From: Lobosporangium transversale
Lineage: Eukaryota
Direction of reading: 5' to 3'
DNA length: 24,517 bases
Assembly (NCBI RefSeq): GCF_002105155.1
Contig: NW_019029014.1
Span: forward strand, 434,001-458,517
In this document: positions 22,930-24,517 of the stretch, piece by piece
Position numbering within the stretch: the stretch's first letter is position 1
Layout: each line of letters starts with the position of its first letter
Program-made: the position numbers and the translations under genes
The notes under the pieces: generated by a model
Databases searched by the model: none
What the model was told of the DNA's origin: nothing
The model's input: the letters and a program-made list of their open reading frames with translations, nothing else

Positions 22930-24480
22930 AGCACTGTACTACAAGCGTTGTGAGGAGTAGTGAGCCTATTTTGCAATTACCTTCTCACAGGTCAAACACT
23001 TGATTTCGTTCGTCAGTTGACCCTCAAACAATTTTTGAACCCACACTTTCTCTTTGGGTCTCGGTATAGTGCTCTCAGATTGAATTGAAGAATGATCACC
23101 AATAGACTCTCGTCCATGATGATGAGTCGTGCCAATCGTGCCATTGATGCTATTGCCGCCCGAAGAAGCATTTGTATTGATATCTGCACCATTCACTTTG
23201 AGCCTGACTTCATCTCCTCCTGCCAACGTCATTGAGACCTCCTCAGTCGATCCTGATGAGCCCTTGGAAGATAATCCGCTGATTGATCCATTGCCACCAC
23301 CACTACCATTTTGACCGTGACCATGACTGTGGCCGTAGGATCCATTTGTGATGAATGCTTTAGGCATGTTGTCCTCAAATTCCTTCTGAGACTTTTTGAT
23401 ATCAGCCTCAATATCTTCAGTGATGGCACTCATGATGAACATTAAAAACTCGTGTGCGTCCTGATGCATTGAACTCCTGAATAATTCTAAGAGCAGCATA
23501 AGGCAGACAAACAAGCAAATAAAAAAAAAAAGCAAAGTCAGTTTCCCATTTGTACGTATACAGTGCAACTGTTTGTATTCCTTTGTTCTCCTTCTTTCTC
23601 CTTCTTTTTGTAGAGGTTTTTTTTTTTTTTTTTTTTTTTTTTCCTTTTTTTTTTCTGCATTGAATCCCGTTACCATTTTCTTTCTTGACCTTGGCTACAA
23701 AAGCAGTGGGTGTAAAGTATTGAGTCTTTTTGGAATGATTTTGAATCCGTTGAAACAAATCCTGAAGACACAAGAACATGGATTCTTGTGGTGCTGAATC
23801 AGGATCGGGTCCACCTCCATTTGGTAACAAGACTCCAACAATGTTCCGTTGTTGTGGGGTTGCTGTAGAGGCAGAAGAAGAGGAGGTGAATGAAGAGGAT
23901 GATACTGGCCCTGGAGTACCACTGGCCCCTCCACTTGCACTGGAATCGCGATGGTGGTTATTATTATTACTATTATTACTATTATTGTTGTAGTTGTAAT
24001 TATTATGATTATTGGTGCTGTTCCTACTGCTGCTGCTGTTTCCTGCGTTAGGGGTCATTGGTACTCCTGATGATGATGAGGACGAGTGCTGTGGAGCAAA
24101 GTATGAAGAAGGGGGTCCATTCGCAGTATTAGTGGTGGTACTACTGCTAGCACTATGGATGCTAAATGCTGGGGTTGTAGGACTGAGTGGATAATGTGAG
24201 ACCATGGCGCCAGCACCTGTCTGATAGTTTAAGACACATTCTCGGAATGGTTTGCAATAATAAAGAGCTTGTAAGACTGAATTGCAGTAGCTGATGAAAG
24301 AGATAGAGATTGGAGAGACGTTAAAATAAATAAATAAATAAATAAAAAAATAAAAAAATAAAAAAAAAGGAGGATGTTATATTATATCGCGGACTGGTTT
24401 TTTTTTTTTTTTTTTTTTTTTTTTCTTCCCTTGTCAAAGTCAGAGCAATTATCTACTTTTGCTTACCATGTGTTGCCAAA
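21044..24480 (-). CDS. Ubiquitin-specific protease of the USP12/USP46 (Ubp9/Ubp13/CreB) family, 5'-partial; join complement(21044..22081,22267..22543,22671..22831,22981..23486,23674..24290,24467..24480), with further exon(s) beyond the window
   Basis: Cys box '[22 protein letters not shown]', then '[19 protein letters not shown]', '[15 protein letters not shown]', '[49 protein letters not shown]', 'LHLKRFKY', His box '[16 protein letters not shown]....W.LFDDE' and 'GYVLFYQ'. All splice phases are consistent. Confidence 0.93.
22183..22251 (+). repeat. (AAC)23 microsatellite within a USP intron
   Basis: Read directly; lies in intron 22082-22266. Confidence 0.9.
22611..22640 (+). repeat. (TTC)10 microsatellite within a USP intron
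   Basis: Read directly; lies in intron 22544-22670. Confidence 0.85.
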
Positions 24481-24517
24481 CTGTTGTCCCCAAGAGAAGC
24501 ATCGCATGTATTTGTAT

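Overview
Eukaryotic, intron-rich fungal DNA with many long poly(A)/poly(T) runs. Protein style and P450 architecture suggest Mortierellaceae (Mucoromycota), which is inference only. I derived the spliced gene models by hand from GT-AG sites, keeping exon phases consistent. The left part is housekeeping: PEX10 (-, 4 exons) sits head-to-head with TIM23 (+, 3 exons), followed by a 470-aa protein with an N-terminal PAM2 motif, a long disordered region and a spliced C-terminal Alba-like domain (-). The middle (about 5.7-15.4 kb) is an accessory block with two intact tandem cytochrome P450 paralogues (-) that show mosaic near-identity, consistent with gene conversion. Between them lie a decayed LINE zinc-finger remnant and a young Tc1-type transposon (perfect 229-bp TIRs, TA TSD, unusual DD39E spacing, one frameshift). 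A ~1-kb degenerate foldback/MITE-like element lies upstream of the second P450. The right part holds a single-exon Cys-rich single-pass membrane protein (-) and a 5'-truncated USP12/USP46 (Ubp9/Ubp13/CreB)-type deubiquitinase (-) whose catalytic Cys codon is split between a 14-nt micro-exon and the next exon.
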